Source: a virus
Taxonomy: Duplodnaviria; Caudoviricetes
DNA length: 61,107 nucleotides
Strand: one strand, 5' to 3'
IMG/VR virus record: IMGVR_UViG_3300043429_000621
Span: 1-61,107 of that record
Shown here: piece by piece, positions 52,401 to 61,014 of the stretch
Position numbering within the stretch: the stretch's first letter is position 1
Layout of the letters: every line of letters starts with the position of its first letter
Notes under the pieces: generated by a model
Told to the model about the DNA's origin: nothing
The model's database searches: none
What the model saw: the letters and a program-made list of their open reading frames with translations, nothing else
Position numbers and translations under genes: made by a program

Positions 52401-55400
52401 TTACGGCTGTGACGGAGGGGCAAAAGTCCCATCCGGCCTCTTGGTGTACCCGCGCCTCAACAGTTCCGCCTCCGCCGAGGCGGGGTCGATGGCCTCTCCA
52501 GCGAAGCGCGGCATGCGGGCATAGCTGTCGTCGACATACTGCTGGAACCGCTTCCCGCCATCGGCGAACGCCTTCTGATAGGAGAAGATGTCTGTGCCGT
52601 GGATCGCGGGGTCGTAGCTGTTGTAGAGGTCCATCTTGTAGCGGGCCTCGGCCTCGGCGATGGCCAGAAGCTTCTTGATTGCCTCCGGCTGCATGTCTGG
52701 GCCAGGCGTGATGGTCTGCAGAAACTCGATGGAGGCCGCAGGTGCGCCGCCAGGCAAGGCTGACAAGCGCGCTGACATGATTTCGCCGGTCCCCTTCAGC
52801 GCGATCTGGTACTGCGCGGGGTCGGTCAGATCGTACGACTGCCAGCCGGTCATGTTGTTCGGGTCGATGGCGGACAAAAGCGCGCCAGCCTGCGCGCCGA
52901 GGCCTGCCAGCGATCCCGCCTCCATCTTCTGGTACACGCCCTTCATCTGGGCGATGGCCGAAATTTGCCGAGCCGAGGCATCCATCACCTCAGGCGCTTC
53001 AGCGCGGAAAGCTGCAGTGGCTTCTCGGTTTGCAGCAGCTTGGGCCTGCGTGTCGCCCACGGAGACGTAGCCTGGTATCTGGAACTGTTCGCCAGTCCGC
53101 GCATCCACGGTCATGCCGCCGCTGGCGTTGATCTCGTCCAGTCGTGCCTTGGCGGCCTGCACCTGACGCCCAATCGGCGTGTCGGGTCCGTAGAAGTTGT
53201 TGTCCTGAATGAACCGTTGCAGGGAGACCGGATCATCCTGCATGCGGACGGTGCGGCCTCCGATGTCCACGCTGCCGTTTTGGAACGTACGATAATCCAG
53301 CTTCTCCAAGCCGGTCTCAGTGGTTGGGGTATATGCGCCCGACAGGATGTCCTGCGCCGTTGCCGTTTCAGGAAACTGCAGGGTAATGCCGTTCATGCGG
53401 GCGTACTGGGCGGGGGTCAGGTTGGTGCCGTTCAGTTCGTTCCACTGCATCGTGTCCATGGCCACGGCGCGCATGTTTTCGAGGTTCTTGGCCCCGATGT
53501 CCGCGCGGCGCTGCTCCAGTGCGCTGTAGGTGTTGGCGAAGCCGCCAAGGCCCTGCAGGATGGCAGAACCGAGATACAGCGACGGCGAGGACGCCATGGT
53601 GCCGAGGCCGGACAGGGCCGACAGGACGAAGTCCTTGTTCAGGCGACCATCCTTGTCATAGGCCATCTGGCCGAGGCGGCTGCGCTCCTCGTAGGGCTTG
53701 TCCGAGGTCAGCATGCCCGCGCCAAGGCCGCGCTCGTCACGCGCAGCCGGTGCGCCGCCACCCACGCCCGCACCGCCAGAGGGGACGCCACCAGCGGTGG
53801 ACAGGACGTAGTTTTGGGTCTCTTCGGGCAGATAATCGAGGTAGTTGCCGCCCAGCGCCGTGGCGCGGTCCAGTGCGGAAGACAGCGCGCTCGGCCCCGC
53901 ATTGTAGGCAGCCGCCGCCTTGTCGAGGCTGCCGAAGCGCCGATACTGCTCAAGGAAGTAGGCCTCACCGATAGCAGCATTGTACTCCGGATCGTTGAGC
54001 CAGCGGTCGCGGTCCCACTCCAGTCCGGCCAGTTTGGCCGCTTCCGGACCGGTGGCCTCCATGACCTGACCGATCCCGACCGCGCCCTTGGGCGACGTCA
54101 GGGGATTTCCGTTCTCGTCAAACTGGCGATACCCGCTTTCCTGCTTCAGGATTTGGGTGCGGTAGAAGGTCGAGGGATCGGCTCCGGCGACGCCAGTGGG
54201 CGCGCGAGGTGCGGGCGACTGCCCAACCGTTCCGTCCGCAACTCCGCCCGCCAGAGGGGTCGGCTGTCCTGCGGCAGGGACTACCGGCGGCCCCTGAACC
54301 TCCGGCGCGGGAACCAATCCCGCCGGACGGGGTTGGGGACGCGGGGAGGTTGCCATGGGCGGCACATCCTGCGGAACAGGAGGCATCTCAACAGCAGACA
54401 AGCCGGTGCCAGCGGTCATCGGCATCGGCGTCGGAGCGGGGCGCTCCGGCGGCACGACACCGCCAGCGGGAACTGGCGCGGGCGAGGCTTCTGTTGCGTT
54501 GAAGCGGTCCCGCGCAGCCTGCGGCATGTTCCCTTCTGCGGCAGCTGCCAGAAGTTCGGCAGCCGTCATGCGGCGCTCTTCCTCCGGTGCGCCGCCGTCA
54601 GCATAGGCAGGCCGCACAAGGCCGCCCTGATAGAACTTGTGCGCTTGGCTGTAGTCGACGCGCTTCATGCCGTCGGGGCCGGTCATCACGGCGTTCGGAT
54701 GGCGATCTTCCACCTCGTCTGCCATGAAGCCGATATGGGTCTGTTCGCGGTCGTCGCCCTTGTACTTGAAGCTGTAGATCGGCAGGCCGTGATCCGTACG
54801 ACCGATGCGGCGGATGTCGTGCTTCATCCGGCGGTCGGAGAAGATCGTCGAACCCAGTTTGATGATGCTGGCAATCGAGCCTGCGGCGTCGCCGATCTGC
54901 CCCAAGGTGCTTTGCGGTGCGCTTGGCGTACCCCCGCTGGGGGTCATGACGCCCTTGTCTTTCTCGTCCTCCTGCGCCTTCAGGGTGTCGGAAAGGTAGG
55001 TCTCGCGCCCGACAGGCTGGTCAAGCTTGTCTTTTTGCAGGTAGGCAGCGCCACCGGTGGCGCGGGCGACGCCCCCACGGTAATTGGGGTTGCGGTCGAA
55101 GATGTCCCAGAAGTCCCCGCCTTTGCCGAAGGTTTCCTTCAGGTTGACCATGTTCTCACCGAAGCGGGATGCCGCATCCAGTTGTTGCGCCAGATTGCGC
55201 TGCGAGTTGTCGAGGCCAGCGCTGTCTGCCACCATCAGTTCGCCGACCGGCAGGACGGCCTGCGGCACATACCCAGCGCCATAGGGGTTCTCGGAGCCGA
55301 AAGACGCGCCGTACGGACCGGCGACGCCGCCGCCGTTGGCCTTGGTGGCGCGGTCGTAGTCCACGGTCTTGTAGCCGCCGGAAACGCCAACGGCCTCCGG

Positions 55401-56369
55401 CTTAACCTCTTCCACCTCGTCTGCCATGAAGCCGATATGGGTCTGGTGGCTATCGTCGCCCTTGTACTTGAACTTGTAGATCGGCAGGCCGTCGTCGGTG
55501 TGACCAATCCGGCGCACATCCTCCTTCAGGCGGCGATCCGAGAAGAACGGCGCGGGCTGCGTCGTGGTCGTGGTCGATCCGGACAGCGCGCCGGTCCCCA
55601 TGGCGATGTTCGCAAGGAACTGCGCGACTTGGAACGGGTAGGCCTGCTGCTGCATGAACTGGTTGTAGAGTGCCGACAGGCCAGCCTGTTCGGTCTGCTG
55701 GCCTAGCGTTCCGGCGTTGATCATCGCCTCGCCGCCCTGAATTCCGGCCTGCTGCGCCGCCTGACCGAGGCCCGCGTAGAACTGGCCGCCCTGCATCAGG
55801 CGGGCAAGATCGGCCTGTGTCGCGCCCAGCTGGACGCCCTGCTGCTGCTGGGCGGCCTCCAGTGCCTGCTGGTAGTTCTGGGCGTTCAGCCCAGCCAGCG
55901 TGGACCCCATGGCAAGGCCCTGCTGGTTGGCAAGGTTGGCCGCCGCGATGCCAGCGCGGTCTCCGCCAAAGGCCCCAGACGAAATCGCGGTCCCCAGCGC
56001 GCCAGACTGGGCCTGCTCGTTCGCCTGACCCATCTGGCGCATGGTCGCGTCGATGACTTGGCTTTGGTAGGGGTTCAGGAACCGCTCGATGTCGAGGTTT
56101 TGCGGCTGGGCCGACTGCATGCCTTGCGCGAAGGTCGGGGCTGCCCGATCAAAATAAGGCTGGTACGCCCCCGCTGCGCTGTTGATCCGGTCAATCCCCG
56201 CGCCCTGCTGTGCGTTCAGCTGGGCTACGAAGTCAGACGGGTTGGTCGAGTAAATCTGAAATGGCGTACCCGCCACCCCCTCCGCGCGCGCATTGACGGC
56301 CCTGTATCGCGCCATGACCTCCGGCGGGATCGTTACCTTCTGCGTCGTGGTAGAGGATTTGCCGCCCAT
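52401..56369 (-). CDS. Large ejection protein with two internal peptidase-S74 domains and a lytic transglycosylase domain
   Basis: Q/A/G-rich N-terminus (GAFGGDR); SDRRLK...GFMADEVE...VDY twice; QESG...GAVGIGQVM...AAYNAGP...ETQNYV. Confidence 0.85.
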   Translation of the reverse strand: MGGKSSTTTQKVTIPPEVMARYRAVNARAEGVAGTPFQIYSTNPSDFVAQLNAQQGAGIDRINSAAGAYQPYFDRAAPTFAQGMQSAQPQNLDIERFLNPYQSQVIDATMRQMGQANEQAQSGALGTAISSGAFGGDRAGIAAANLANQQGLAMGSTLAGLNAQNYQQALEAAQQQQGVQLGATQADLARLMQGGQFYAGLGQAAQQAGIQGGEAMINAGTLGQQTEQAGLSALYNQFMQQQAYPFQVAQFLANIAMGTGALSGSTTTTTQPAPFFSDRRLKEDVRRIGHTDDGLPIYKFKYKGDDSHQTHIGFMADEVEEVKPEAVGVSGGYKTVDYDRATKANGGGVAGPYGASFGSENPYGAGYVPQAVLPVGELMVADSAGLDNSQRNLAQQLDAASRFGENMVNLKETFGKGGDFWDIFDRNPNYRGGVARATGGAAYLQKDKLDQPVGRETYLSDTLKAQEDEKDKGVMTPSGGTPSAPQSTLGQIGDAAGSIASIIKLGSTIFSDRRMKHDIRRIGRTDHGLPIYSFKYKGDDREQTHIGFMADEVEDRHPNAVMTGPDGMKRVDYSQAHKFYQGGLVRPAYADGGAPEEERRMTAAELLAAAAEGNMPQAARDRFNATEASPAPVPAGGVVPPERPAPTPMPMTAGTGLSAVEMPPVPQDVPPMATSPRPQPRPAGLVPAPEVQGPPVVPAAGQPTPLAGGVADGTVGQSPAPRAPTGVAGADPSTFYRTQILKQESGYRQFDENGNPLTSPKGAVGIGQVMEATGPEAAKLAGLEWDRDRWLNDPEYNAAIGEAYFLEQYRRFGSLDKAAAAYNAGPSALSSALDRATALGGNYLDYLPEETQNYVLSTAGGVPSGGAGVGGGAPAARDERGLGAGMLTSDKPYEERSRLGQMAYDKDGRLNKDFVLSALSGLGTMASSPSLYLGSAILQGLGGFANTYSALEQRRADIGAKNLENMRAVAMDTMQWNELNGTNLTPAQYARMNGITLQFPETATAQDILSGAYTPTTETGLEKLDYRTFQNGSVDIGGRTVRMQDDPVSLQRFIQDNNFYGPDTPIGRQVQAAKARLDEINASGGMTVDARTGEQFQIPGYVSVGDTQAQAAANREATAAFRAEAPEVMDASARQISAIAQMKGVYQKMEAGSLAGLGAQAGALLSAIDPNNMTGWQSYDLTDPAQYQIALKGTGEIMSARLSALPGGAPAASIEFLQTITPGPDMQPEAIKKLLAIAEAEARYKMDLYNSYDPAIHGTDIFSYQKAFADGGKRFQQYVDDSYARMPRFAGEAIDPASAEAELLRRGYTKRPDGTFAPPSQP
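54651..55541 (-). repeat. Internal duplication of the S74 coding unit (about 55356-55541 and 54651-54839)
   Basis: Near-identical DNA blocks, e.g. TTCCACCTCGTCTGCCATGAAGCCGATATGGGTCTG in both copies. Confidence 0.85.
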
Positions 56370-56866
56370 CAGGAGCCTCCTTCAGCCCCGTCGGAGAGGC
56401 CTGTTTTTGCGCCGTAGAGGAAGTATACACCAGCCGGTGCGCCGAAGACACGCTCATAAAGCCGGATTTTCGCCTCCGTACGAGACGAAGAAAGAACCCC
56501 GATAGCCAGCGGGAGTTCAAGCGCGTTCGCCGTCATCTTTGCAAACTCGGCCAGTTTCCTCGCCCTTCCACCTTTCGCCGCCCTGTATTCTGGGTCAACG
56601 AAGATTGCTTTTTCTTCCAGTATCAGTTCCTTGCTGTACCACATCTCGCCCATGGATAGAAGGACCATGCCCTCCAGCTTTCCACCCACGGGTCCGATCA
56701 CGCCGCAAATGCCGGTCTGCCGCGTCAGCGAACCCCAGATCGTCAGGGCCAGCTTTTCGATGTCAGGGGCCACCACTGCGTTCTCGCGCGTCGCCGCCAA
56801 AGAGATGTCCATCATCCCGTTGAAATCCGCCTCGACGCCCGTGCGAACAACCACATCATCCATCAT
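56369..56866 (-). CDS. GNAT-fold acetyltransferase-like protein
   Basis: IFVDPEYRAAKGG.A.KL...A...LYERVFG. Confidence 0.65.
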   Translation of the reverse strand: MMDDVVVRTGVEADFNGMMDISLAATRENAVVAPDIEKLALTIWGSLTRQTGICGVIGPVGGKLEGMVLLSMGEMWYSKELILEEKAIFVDPEYRAAKGGRARKLAEFAKMTANALELPLAIGVLSSSRTEAKIRLYERVFGAPAGVYFLYGAKTGLSDGAEGGS

Positions 56867-56867
56867 G

Positions 56868-57377
56868 CTAATCTTTCTTTGGACCCGGCAGGGATTGCAG
56901 GGTTCTGATGGTCTTTTTTCGCATCTTTTTCACGAAAGCATCAAGGATTTTGTGTCCGTCCTCCATAGAGCCACCACCGATATGGACGACCTCCTCCGGA
57001 GAGATGACGTACTCTCCGCCCGCCGCAACGATGGGGACTGCATCCGTTTCGCCGCCCGCCGCCTTGTGCGGCGCGGGCTGGCCGTAGGGCATTTCACCGC
57101 CGCCGTAGGGCATCGTGCTGGTGCTGTGATCGTACGGACCCTTGATCGAGAAGATCGACTGCGCGACCTTGAAGCCCGCCATCGAGTTCCCCTCGCCCAT
57201 GGCCGAGATGATGTCGGCGGGGATGACGTAGGAGCCGGAGGCGACATGCATCGGCAGGTGGTCTGTGCGGCCTGCCACGGTGGAGTGGATCGGCCCCTTG
57301 TGAACCTTGGTCTTCTTCTTCGGGCGCGGCCCCTTTGCGGCGTCGACGGCCTGCTGGATGACGGGATCGGTGTCCAT
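56868..57377 (-). CDS. Protein of two tandem TD..P.....G[SE]YVI modules
   Basis: GRTDHLPMHVASGSYVIPADIISAMGEGNSMAG and GETDAVPIVAAGGEYVISPEEVVHIGGGSMEDG. Confidence 0.75.
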   Translation of the reverse strand: MDTDPVIQQAVDAAKGPRPKKKTKVHKGPIHSTVAGRTDHLPMHVASGSYVIPADIISAMGEGNSMAGFKVAQSIFSIKGPYDHSTSTMPYGGGEMPYGQPAPHKAAGGETDAVPIVAAGGEYVISPEEVVHIGGGSMEDGHKILDAFVKKMRKKTIRTLQSLPGPKKD

Positions 57378-57385
57378 GCTGCGCC

Positions 57386-57727
57386 TCACGAATAGCTGAT
57401 GGCGATGGTCTGGCCGGTGCCAGGCGCGACCACGATGCCGTTGTTGACAGGAAGGTTGATCTCGGTGACCCCGACCGTGGTCGGCAGGACCGCGATCTGG
57501 TTGGTCGTGGACGAGGCGGTGGTGGCGTCATAGATCGCCCCCGCCGCGCTGCCAGCGACCACCACCGAGACGCGGGCCACACGGCCCTGACCGGCCTGCA
57601 CCAAGGTCGCTGCGGTGATGCCGGACGCCATCTTCGCGCCCTCGACCTGCAGGTAGGTCTGCCCCAGCTGGTTCAGCGCCGTGACGATGTTCTTGGAGGC
57701 GGTCAGGATGTCGGTCAGAGAAGCCAT
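57386..57727 (-). CDS. Small virion protein
   Basis: Helical N-terminus plus a beta domain; TGATG-coupled to the nozzle gene. Confidence 0.6.
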   Translation of the reverse strand: MASLTDILTASKNIVTALNQLGQTYLQVEGAKMASGITAATLVQAGQGRVARVSVVVAGSAAGAIYDATTASSTTNQIAVLPTTVGVTEINLPVNNGIVVAPGTGQTIAISYS

Positions 57728-60021
57728 CAGAATTTCCCGTCGGACTGGAGGCGGTAGCGGATGTTGCCCAAGCGCCAGAACGAGCCTGTGTCGTTGCTCT
57801 CGATGCGGATCGACACAAGGCGGCCCCGCAGGCGCGGCGTGATGTAGGTCGTGGCCTCCGTCACCGTATAGGGGCCATGAACGCGCGGCGTCTGGCTAGG
57901 ATAATCGGCGACGTAGAAGGTGATCATGACGTTGGCCCCTTGGGAGCCGCCGTAATAACCCCACTTCATGTCCGGCCAAACCTGATCAACGAAGACTTTC
58001 ACATCCCCGTCTTCCAGCGCGAACCAGCCGGTCTGGACGTAGGCGTTGATCGGCTGGCCGTCCGCATCTGTCGAGGTTTCGTGCTGGTAGATCACGTTGT
58101 CCCCGCCAGCGCCTATGGGTGCGCCGAGAACCGACTGGTCGATCCATGCGGTGCGCGTCAGGGTTCCGAAGTCCCAGCTGCCGGTCTGGGGGCTGAACTT
58201 GACGTATTTGGTCGGGATGCCGCCGGAACCGATGGTCGGATAGTACCAGATGACCTCCCCGAAACGGGCGTTCGTGGCGCAGCGGATGCGCTCGACGTAA
58301 TCCATGTCGATATCTTGGAAGATCACATCCCAGACGGGGCAGGTGATCGTCTGAACCCCGCCGCCGGACAGGGAGAAGAACTGGCTTTGCGACATCCAGT
58401 ACACCTCGCCGTTCAGCGTCGCCGCAGCGCGCCGCCCGATCAGGCCACAGCCGGTGCCGATCTCGTTGAAGGACCAGACCAGCGGCAGGTTGATGTACTG
58501 CATCGACCAAATGCCGATGTCGGTCCACAGCAAGCCCTGCTGCGGACCCTGCAGGCCGCCCACGATGCGAGACCCCTTCGGAATACGGAACGAGCCAGCC
58601 TGATTGGTGACCGTTCCAATCCAAGAGGTGAAATTGGCGATGTCGCACCAGCGGACCAGAAGCGGGTCTTGGATGCCGGTGAAGGTCGAGCCGTAGGCGA
58701 TGATCTGGCGCTCCGGCATGGCCACGAAGCAGCCTTCATTTACCGTCGGGGCGTTGGGAACCACCACCGCATACGTTCCGCCATCCGACGGGTTCCAGTA
58801 ATAGATTTCGCCACCCTCTGGGTTTGCAATCAGGTATTCGCCCCAGTTGTCCAGAGACCAGTCGGTTGTGCCGCCGAAAGCCCAGACGTTCACGCTCAGC
58901 GTTCCGGCGACGGTCTGCGCCGTCAGGGTGGACGGCACGGTAAAGCTGACCGTGGACGTCGCTCCACTGGTGTAGGCGGACACGGTCCATGTGCCGTTGT
59001 AGCCGGACGGCGTCACCCCAGACACGGTGATCTGAGACCCGACCCGAACGGCATATTCTCCGGAGAAGCTGACCGTGGCGGTCGTGCCGGTGCAGGTGGC
59101 GTTCGTCGTCGCAAAGGTCCGTCCACCCGCCGCCGTGACGCCAGTACCGTAGCCGCCCGCACCATACCCGCCCGCGCCGTACCCCGTGGAAGGTGGCAGG
59201 GACGTTTGCCCGACGTAATAGGTGATCTGCGGCTTTCCGCCGTTTATGGAAACGGTGGCAGCGCTGGTCGCGCTGTTCTCAGCCGCGATCACGAAGACGC
59301 TGGCGGTTGTGACCGACTGGACGAGGTAGTTGCCGTAGAGGGTGATGCCGCCAACCGTCGTGGGGACGAGGACGGGGAAGGTGGAACCTACGGAGTACCC
59401 GTGGTTGGCCAAGGTTACAGAGACCGAGGAGGAGCCGCTCGTCGTGGTGAACGAAGCCACGGCACCGCCCGCTGCGACGGTGGACGTTGCAAGCGCAGGA
59501 AGCCCGATGGCGTTCTTGGCAAAGACCGAGTAGCGGTTGGATGTCGCGGCTTCGCAGGTGTAAAACCCGAACAGAACCAAGCCGCCGACGGACACATGCG
59601 TCGCCAGAAAGATGCTGTCGAAGCTGGAAACGTTCGACCCCGTGTCGTCGATTTCAACCTCGCTCTGCCCGCTCGTCGTGTTGAACGAAAGGGTGGGGCT
59701 GGCGACGTATTTCTGCGGAGACCGCGCGGACAACTGGCGGGACGCCACGGTCGCCCCTTCGATGGTGTAGAGGCCGTTCTCACTGCCGATGCCGAGATAG
59801 GCATTGGAGTTGGTGTCAGCCCAAGCCCAAAGCGCGCGCACCACCGCCGTCATGGGCTGATTGAAGTACCGCGTCCAGCCGCCTATTTTCTGCGGCAGCG
59901 CGAGGCCCTGCCGGTCCGGCACAAAGCGGATCAGGTTGCTGTCGGAGATAGCCGCTTCGTTCAGCGCCGGAGTGCGGTTCTGATCGACGCCTGGCACCAG
60001 CTTGAGGGAGGCGTGAGGCAT
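57727..60021 (-). CDS. Tail nozzle / head-closure protein (P22 gp10 / tubular B-like) with inserted beta domains
   Basis: PQKIGGW, WSLDNWGE.L, DPLLVRWCD, LLWTD, F.EV.W.YP, RTAW.D, RLRGR, WRLG..R. Confidence 0.75.
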   Translation of the reverse strand: MPHASLKLVPGVDQNRTPALNEAAISDSNLIRFVPDRQGLALPQKIGGWTRYFNQPMTAVVRALWAWADTNSNAYLGIGSENGLYTIEGATVASRQLSARSPQKYVASPTLSFNTTSGQSEVEIDDTGSNVSSFDSIFLATHVSVGGLVLFGFYTCEAATSNRYSVFAKNAIGLPALATSTVAAGGAVASFTTTSGSSSVSVTLANHGYSVGSTFPVLVPTTVGGITLYGNYLVQSVTTASVFVIAAENSATSAATVSINGGKPQITYYVGQTSLPPSTGYGAGGYGAGGYGTGVTAAGGRTFATTNATCTGTTATVSFSGEYAVRVGSQITVSGVTPSGYNGTWTVSAYTSGATSTVSFTVPSTLTAQTVAGTLSVNVWAFGGTTDWSLDNWGEYLIANPEGGEIYYWNPSDGGTYAVVVPNAPTVNEGCFVAMPERQIIAYGSTFTGIQDPLLVRWCDIANFTSWIGTVTNQAGSFRIPKGSRIVGGLQGPQQGLLWTDIGIWSMQYINLPLVWSFNEIGTGCGLIGRRAAATLNGEVYWMSQSQFFSLSGGGVQTITCPVWDVIFQDIDMDYVERIRCATNARFGEVIWYYPTIGSGGIPTKYVKFSPQTGSWDFGTLTRTAWIDQSVLGAPIGAGGDNVIYQHETSTDADGQPINAYVQTGWFALEDGDVKVFVDQVWPDMKWGYYGGSQGANVMITFYVADYPSQTPRVHGPYTVTEATTYITPRLRGRLVSIRIESNDTGSFWRLGNIRYRLQSDGKF

Positions 60022-60024
60022 ATC

Positions 60025-60774
60025 TTACCCCCGCGTCGGCGATGCGATGGGCGCGGGCGACTGCGACGACCAGCCTGCGCTTTCGAACTTCTTCCGCATC
60101 TCCTCGACCGACGCACCCTTCAGCAGGGCTTGGTATTGGCTCTCGTAGGACTGCGCCATCTGCGGGTCGTCCGACTGCCGCCCGAAGTTCCGCTGGTAGG
60201 CCGAGATGTAGACCATGGACGCCATGATCAGCAAATCAGGCAGGTACTGGCTGATGAAGGTTGTCGGGTTGACAGCCGACATGGCGTTCGGGCGGTAAGT
60301 GCCGACCACCTCGACATAGTAGGTCTGGTCGGGGACCGGACCCACGAAGAACAGGTTCTCGTTGAACGGCGCGAAGTATTGCGGCTGCCCCCTGCTGGCC
60401 ACGGCATTCGACCCGTACACCATGTCGAGGAATTCCTTGGTGGTCGGCAGCAGGGTGACGCGTTGGGCAGACCCTTCATCCGGATTGGTTTCACCGGCAG
60501 GCAGGATCAGGTTCAGCTGCTCGGTGACCACGATGGTGCCGGAGCCGTCCGGCAGCGTCATCGGGAAGTCCAGATTGCGGTTGCCCGCGTCCAGCTTGAT
60601 CGACGGGCCATGGAACGCCGTCGAGGTGTTCATCAGGTCCAGATCGCGGTAAATGCGCAGCTCTGCGTAGTCGATCATGGCCGGAAGGATCGCCAAGAAG
60701 TTGACGTCGTCCGGAGCCACAACCGCCATCTCGGCGATCTGGGTCACATAGGTGTTGTAGGTCAATCCGGCCAC
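60025..60774 (-). CDS. Head-tail adaptor / tail tubular protein A-like
   Basis: I.YAE.RIYRDL, GQPQYFA, GPVPD..Y.VE, PDLL..AS, YE.QYQ. Confidence 0.72.
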   Translation of the reverse strand: MAGLTYNTYVTQIAEMAVVAPDDVNFLAILPAMIDYAELRIYRDLDLMNTSTAFHGPSIKLDAGNRNLDFPMTLPDGSGTIVVTEQLNLILPAGETNPDEGSAQRVTLLPTTKEFLDMVYGSNAVASRGQPQYFAPFNENLFFVGPVPDQTYYVEVVGTYRPNAMSAVNPTTFISQYLPDLLIMASMVYISAYQRNFGRQSDDPQMAQSYESQYQALLKGASVEEMRKKFESAGWSSQSPAPIASPTRG

Positions 60775-60801
60775 GGCACCACCTTCTGGGTTTTGGCGAT
60801 G

Positions 60802-61014
60802 CTACATCATAGCGCAAGCCGCGTCGATCTGCGAGATCAGCCGCGCGCCCGTGACCACGGAAGCATCGCCGCCATCCTCCGCCAGTGCCGCCGCATGGTC
60901 CGTACGCGCAGTCTTCGTGCCATCGCAGATCGCTCTCCCGTCAGGGTTTGTCGGCGCGGCTCCGTTCATGCAGCCAGCGACGAGCAGCGGCAGGATCATC
61001 GCCATGGGGCGCAT
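60802..61014 (-). CDS. Putative o-spanin lipoprotein (Rz1-like), 70 aa
   Basis: MRPMAMILPLLVAG-C lipobox; AAGGAG RBS; overlaps the 3' end of the i-spanin in another frame; two further Cys. Confidence 0.7.
   Translation of the reverse strand: MRPMAMILPLLVAGCMNGAAPTNPDGRAICDGTKTARTDHAAALAEDGGDASVVTGARLISQIDAACAMM

Noticed and set aside
54651-55541. Repeat pair as a diversity-generating retroelement TR/VR
   Set aside because: No reverse transcriptase in the genome; both copies are in-frame S74 domains and the differences are not adenine-specific.
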